DNA from: Anaerovoracaceae bacterium
GTDB lineage: Bacteria > Bacillota > Clostridia > Peptostreptococcales > Anaerovoracaceae
Reading direction: 5' to 3'
DNA: 24,000 bases
NCBI GenBank assembly: GCA_045600065.1
Contig: JAZRXE010000055.1
Location: 26,873 to 50,872, forward strand
This document shows, in pieces, positions 23,041 to 24,000 of this stretch (positions are counted from its first letter, which is position 1; each line of letters starts with the position of its first letter). The position numbers and the translations under genes were made by a program. The notes beneath the pieces are model-generated. The model was not told where the DNA came from. It was given only the letters and a program-made list of their open reading frames with translations, and searched no databases.

Positions 23041-24000
23041 CTACTGTATTTCTCTGGAATAAAGGCCGGAGGTGCGGCGGAATCCGGGTGTTATGCCATC
23101 CTTGAACATGGCCGCGATATTTCTGCACTGATCCTTGGATTCGATGGTGAAGTACAGCGTTTTGAAGCTGACCTCGGGCATGGGTTTGTCCCCAAGATAC
23201 AGGGGCAGGCAGTTGTGCAGCTCGCTGTACTGCCGTTCGCGGCACAGCAGCGGGAACTGCTCGCCGGTGCGGTCCGTAAGGTAGTTCAGCCCGCTGCAGC
23301 CCTTGCAGCCGTCCTTTCCGGCTGCCACAGGACAGGCTCTGAACTTCATAAGAGGCAGTCTTCCGTAGGCGATAAAGCCGACAGGAAGGCAGGGCTTGAG
23401 CTTTCTCATATTTGCGAAGCTCATCTCCATGGAAAGGCAGGCATCGGCCAGTCCGAAAGCGGCGTGCTCCCGCAGAGAGATGCTGTTGAGTATGTTGAGT
23501 CCGTAGCCTCCGTGTATGCAAAGGCCCAGCTCAGAGGCGATCTGAACCGCGCCGTCGTTGTCTGCGGTCACGTGCTTCAGGCCCTTAGCCTGAAGGGCAG
23601 CCAGACGCTTCTTCATGGCAGCTCCGCTGCCGGGCCAGAGCATGAAGGGCATCTCCGCATAGAGCCGGTCGGCATATGCTTCCAGCAGCTCCGGGTGGAG
23701 CTCGATCTGGGTCACGGGCAGGATCAGGGCTTCAGTGCCGTCCGTATCGAATATCTGATCTGCGGTCTCGAAGCGGTAGCGGAAGGGATGCTCCACAGCT
23801 TCGCCCATGGGCACGGCAGTCTGCAGACGGCTGATCTCGTCTTCAGCCGCGGCGGCAGACCCGCCCCTTCCCTCTCTTTCCGCTGCTTCAAAATCGTAGG
23901 GCTTAGCGCCCTTGATATCATCCAGCTGCTCCAGGGCGCTGCGCCTTAAGGCATTCAGAGATGATGCGGGCAGCATCAGACCCGGATCAGCGGAAAGCTC
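23041..24000 (-). CDS. C-terminal part of a U32-like (collagenase-like peptidase family) protein; 5' end lies outside the window
   Basis: The reading frame stays open to the window edge: codons upstream of the listed Met read ELSADPGL. The segment LGLCIHGGYGLNILNSISLREHAAFGLADACLSMEMSF...GRLPLMKFRACP resembles the U32 TIM-barrel module. This is a family call from memory only. Confidence 0.5.
   Translation of the reverse strand, partial: ELSADPGLMLPASSLNALRRSALEQLDDIKGAKPYDFEAAEREGRGGSAAAAEDEISRLQTAVPMGEAVEHPFRYRFETADQIFDTDGTEALILPVTQIELHPELLEAYADRLYAEMPFMLWPGSGAAMKKRLAALQAKGLKHVTADNDGAVQIASELGLCIHGGYGLNILNSISLREHAAFGLADACLSMEMSFANMRKLKPCLPVGFIAYGRLPLMKFRACPVAAGKDGCKGCSGLNYLTDRTGEQFPLLCRERQYSELHNCLPLYLGDKPMPEVSFKTLYFTIESKDQCRNIAAMFKDGITPGFRRTSGLYSREIQ

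Overview
Chromosomal window from a Firmicute, probably Clostridia-like. This is judged from gene content: a SpoVD-type PASTA penicillin-binding protein, the dcw gene order and a YolD-type partner of a Y-family polymerase. All family calls rest on motif recognition by eye; no searches were run.

(1) 5-8698, minus strand: the promoter-proximal part of the dcw cell-wall/division cluster, mraZ-rsmH-ftsL-PBP-murF-mraY-murD-ftsW. Genes are separated by 0-40 nt. Upstream lie a near-consensus promoter and three 10-bp-phased GTGGRG MraZ boxes.

(2) 8.9-13.8 kb: a DUF3810-like HExxH membrane protein on the minus strand. On the plus strand there is a probable operon of small membrane coiled-coil protein, NodB polysaccharide deacetylase, NYN + OST-HTH/LOTUS protein and RNase HII. 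This is followed by a 26-bp tandem repeat built around a 10-bp palindrome, and then an alpha/beta hydrolase.

(3) 13.9-21.2 kb: a visibly lower-GC accessory island bounded by two bidirectional hairpin terminators. It holds one tightly packed minus-strand operon, fic-hsdM-hsdS-hsdR. A class II, auto-inhibited Fic AMPylase is the first cistron of a Type I R-M system. HsdR carries an N-terminal DUF4145-like + coiled-coil extension. The operon promoter (TTGATT-17-TGnTAATAT) is bracketed by a perfect 15-bp inverted repeat pair, and a perfect 12-bp palindrome overlaps its -10/+1. This looks like a candidate inversion switch or looping operator, and is the most interesting locus in the window.

(4) 21.2-24.0 kb, minus strand: the 3' part of a U32-like gene, a Y-family DNA polymerase and a translationally coupled short YolD-like ORF.

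No rRNA, tRNA, CRISPR array, transposase or integrase was recognised.
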